Source of the DNA: Antechinus flavipes
Taxonomy: Eukaryota
Length of the DNA stretch: 64,000 nt
NCBI RefSeq assembly: GCF_016432865.1
Contig: NC_067402.1
Span: 217,682,001-217,746,000, forward strand
Direction: 5' to 3'
A program made the translations under genes and the position numbers. Positions 52,386 to 64,000 of this stretch are shown here, one piece after another. The stretch's first letter is position 1. Every line of letters starts with the position of its first letter. Under the pieces are notes generated by a model that was given only the letters and a program-made list of their open reading frames with translations, searched no databases and was not told where the DNA came from.

Positions 52386-53795
52386 ATGATGATGAAGATG
52401 ACCTGGTGGCAGCGGCAAATCCAGAACCAGAGCCGGGACCCGAGGAGAGAGGCGAGTGTCAATCCCTACCTTCTCCCCTTTCGTGTCACTGCTCTCCCCA
52501 AATTAGGGACTCCACCCCCTACTCCGGGCGCTGCGTCCCCAAAACGTGAACTTCTCTTCCGGGGTCTTTTCTAACCATAAAGCATAAGATCCTAATAAAT
52601 TCAGGGTCCTGGAGAGCTCGTAACCTCCCAAAAAAAGGTGTGGGATTATCTTGTCCAAAATGGGAGAGGTTTTATGCCCCTCTTCCTCCTTTGGAAGGAC
52701 GACCCCGCCCTCCCTCCAGTCGGACCCGGATAAGTGATTCTGTGGGATGCTGCTCTCTTTGGGTACCAGGGTGCTTCCTTGGGCGTCGAGGTGAGATTGG
52801 TCTGCAGAGGGGAGGAGACTGACCTCCGAGGGGAGCATGTCACCATTCGGCCAATCACAGGGAGAAGTGTCAAGAGCCCTCCCCTCAGCTGTTGTCCAAG
52901 CTTTGGATAATTTGGGATTGGGACTGCAGCTGAGCTCACCCTTCTCTCCTGCCTGGGGTGCTAGCCAGAATCTGGGCTGTTTATTTTGTTGATTTGTGCT
53001 CTTGGGCCCTGCGTTCAACATGTTTCAGCAAAGAGAGAATTTTAGAAATAAAGGACACTTAGAAAACTGAAAAGATGATAACTCCAAGAGTGATTTCCTC
53101 TTACCCTGGCCTAGGAGCTTTATTAATGTAGCACAAGTATTTCTCCAGTTTGGGGCACTCAGAATGTGATGCTTTCAGCAAACTGGATTTTGCTTGCACT
53201 CCCTTATTGTGCCCCTTTCCAAGTAGCCCGATGTAACCATTGCATCAGGCCAGCCCCCTTCCTGACTCTGGAGCCCTCTGGTCTGGGGCCTCACTGCTGA
53301 TGAAAGCCCAGTCCTATATGCAGGAAGGCAAGGAGAGTCCCATGAGGAACTGACAGCCCAGCAGAGAAATACCGGGGGCGGTATTGCATCTGCAGCCTCC
53401 TGGGATCTCTGAAGCTGCTGCTGCTTGCCACCTCTGGGCTGCAGCTGTCCCTGCCTTGTCAAGGGGACTCAAAATCAGCAAACTGCCAGTCAAGTCCTTT
53501 CTCTAGCACTTAATTGTGTTCTACTTTGGATGTTAAGAAGGCTATGGTTTGCCTGGGACTTTTTCCATTATGCAACCAGGATGACAAATGCCAGCAACTG
53601 AAAATAAAGGGAATTGGGCTCTTTGACCACTACAGTACATACACCTTAGAAAAGGATGTTTGGATTCTAATCAACCAACTTCCAGATTGAGAAAAAACAG
53701 AGAAACACTTTCCAACCAGTCAGCTTATCTCTTTTTCTCTCTACCTCCTACAGTGTTCCAGAAGAAAGTCTATCTTCATACATCACCATACCTGA
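52386..53795 (+). CDS. DDIT3 upstream ORF (35 aa, split by intron 1)
   Basis: 52386-52451 plus 53754-53795 gives MMMKMTWWQRQIQNQSRDPRRE-CSRRKSIFIHHHT*, orthologous to the human CHOP uORF MLKMSGWQRQSQNQSWNLRRECSRRKCIFIHHHT. Confidence 0.93.
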
Positions 53796-54116
53796 GAGCA
53801 GGTAAAAAAGGCTCATTTGCCCTAGTCCAGTAACTCATAAATTATCTGATTCACTGTTCTTTTTGATGACCTTGCCAGCTTTTATTGAAGGGGTGGGGAT
53901 AACTGGGAAATCTCCTCATGATTAGAATTTGAGGGCCCAGCTTCTATTAGGGTAAGAGTAGCATAAATGACAAGTTACTGTGGAACATAAACCTTTTTCT
54001 TCCATCAAGTACTATATAAAAGTTGAGGTATTGCCAGGAATGAGTATTTTTCCAGCTCATTTTGTGAAGCATTCTCAATGACAACACTCTTTCCCCAGAG
54101 TCCGATCTAAGCAGAG

Positions 54117-54813
54117 ATGGCAGCTGAATCACTGCCCTACTCCTTTGGGACACTATCTAACTGGGAGCTAGAGGCCTGGTATGAGGACCTACAAGAGGTG
54201 CTGTCCTCTGAAGAGAATGGAGGAGCCTACGTCCAACCCCCTGAAACAGAACAGGTAAAGCTGACAAAAGCAATTTCCCTGTTAAAATCCCTGGGGTAGG
54301 GAATATACCTATTATTCCCACTTTACAGATGAGGAAGATGAGTAGCCCTAGACACCGCTACCAAGCACTGCAATGTAAGATATGGGTTCTTTCTGATGCA
54401 CAGAAGGTTGTGTCACACGATCTTTTGCTTTCTTGTAGGAAGAACTTAAAACCTTTACCACTCTGGACCCAGCCTCCCTGGTGTGGCTAGCTGAGGAGCC
54501 TAGGCCAGGGGGAATTACAAACAATGGCCAGAGCCCTTGCTCTCCTGAGTCCAGCCAGAGCTCACTGGCCCAGGAAGAAGAGGAGGACCAGGGGGAACGA
54601 GGAAGAAAGAGGAAACGGAGGAACAGTGAGCAGTCCCCAGCTAGAAATCGAAAGCAGAGCGTGAAAGAAAAGGAACAGGAGAATGAACGGAAAGTAGCCC
54701 GTCTGGTTGCTGAAAATGAGCGCTTGAAGAGAGAGATCGAGCGATTGACCCAGGAGGTAGACATGACCCGCCAGGCCCTAATTGACCGAATGGTCAGCTT
54801 GCCCCGATCATGA
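54117..54813 (+). CDS. DDIT3: DNA damage-inducible transcript 3 (CHOP/GADD153), 170 aa bZIP
   Basis: Coding exons 54117-54254 ([31 protein letters not shown]...) and 54439-54813 (..[54 protein letters not shown]), GT-AG. Leader exons end at 52451 and span 53754-53801. Confidence 0.97.
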
Positions 54814-54915
54814 ATGGCTGGGCTTTGGAGGCCTTCCCCTCTGCTCTCCCAAGTGCCAATCAGCAGCGCATTTACCCCAAAAGGAAGGCCCCATACCATG
54901 TATAGAGATATTATA

Positions 54916-54921
54916 TTTATT
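54916..54921 (-). terminator. MARS1 polyadenylation signal (AATAAA on minus)
   Basis: Plus-strand TTTATT about 70 nt past the MARS1 stop codon. Confidence 0.8.
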
Positions 54922-54936
54922 ACATTTGACCTGTGC

Positions 54937-54942
54937 ATTAAA
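54937..54942 (+). terminator. DDIT3 polyadenylation signal (ATTAAA)
   Basis: ATTAAA about 125 nt after the DDIT3 stop codon. Confidence 0.7.
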
Positions 54943-54989
54943 ATGAATTCTACTCAATCATATTCTGAGGGTATCTTGGGCTCACTTTG

Positions 54990-63998
<9,009 letters not shown>

Positions 63999-64000
63999 TA

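Noticed and set aside
52452-53753. miR-616-like hairpin (hosted in the human DDIT3 intron)
   Set aside because: No convincing hairpin was seen, and that miRNA is, to my knowledge, lineage-restricted.

Overview
Eukaryotic, intron-rich window from a marsupial. The WSINE1/Mar1-type SINEs and marsupial L1 3' ends suggest a dasyurid such as devil, dunnart or antechinus; the species is an inference. It is the conserved block syntenic with human 12q13.3 and holds five genes: KIF5A (minus; coding exons 1-13 only, exon 14 onward not found in the window), DCTN2 (plus; complete, with the 9-nt FAQ and 6-nt EL microexons), MBD6 (minus; complete, 1002 aa), DDIT3/CHOP (plus; complete, 170 aa, with uORF, AARE, AP-1, ERSE and a GC-AG first intron) and MARS1 (minus; exons 8-21). 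The genes alternate head-to-head and tail-to-tail. All exon coordinates were read by hand from GT/GC-AG boundaries and frame continuity against remembered human proteins. About 7 kb of stacked L1/SINE insertions separate the KIF5A and DCTN2 promoters. Leads worth checking: (1) an old duplication of the DCTN2 FAQ-microexon cassette that leaves a candidate in-frame 15-nt microexon (GEQKT); (2) an ATF4-like uORF arrangement in the MBD6 leader, next to the DDIT3 stress promoter; (3) altered GCN2 (S662) and ERK (S825-P) phospho-sites in MARS1; (4) a cluster of C/EBP-ATF elements in DDIT3 intron 1; (5) an unassigned, possibly decayed coding segment at 1-2300. No prokaryotic features, CRISPR arrays, tRNA or rRNA genes were seen.
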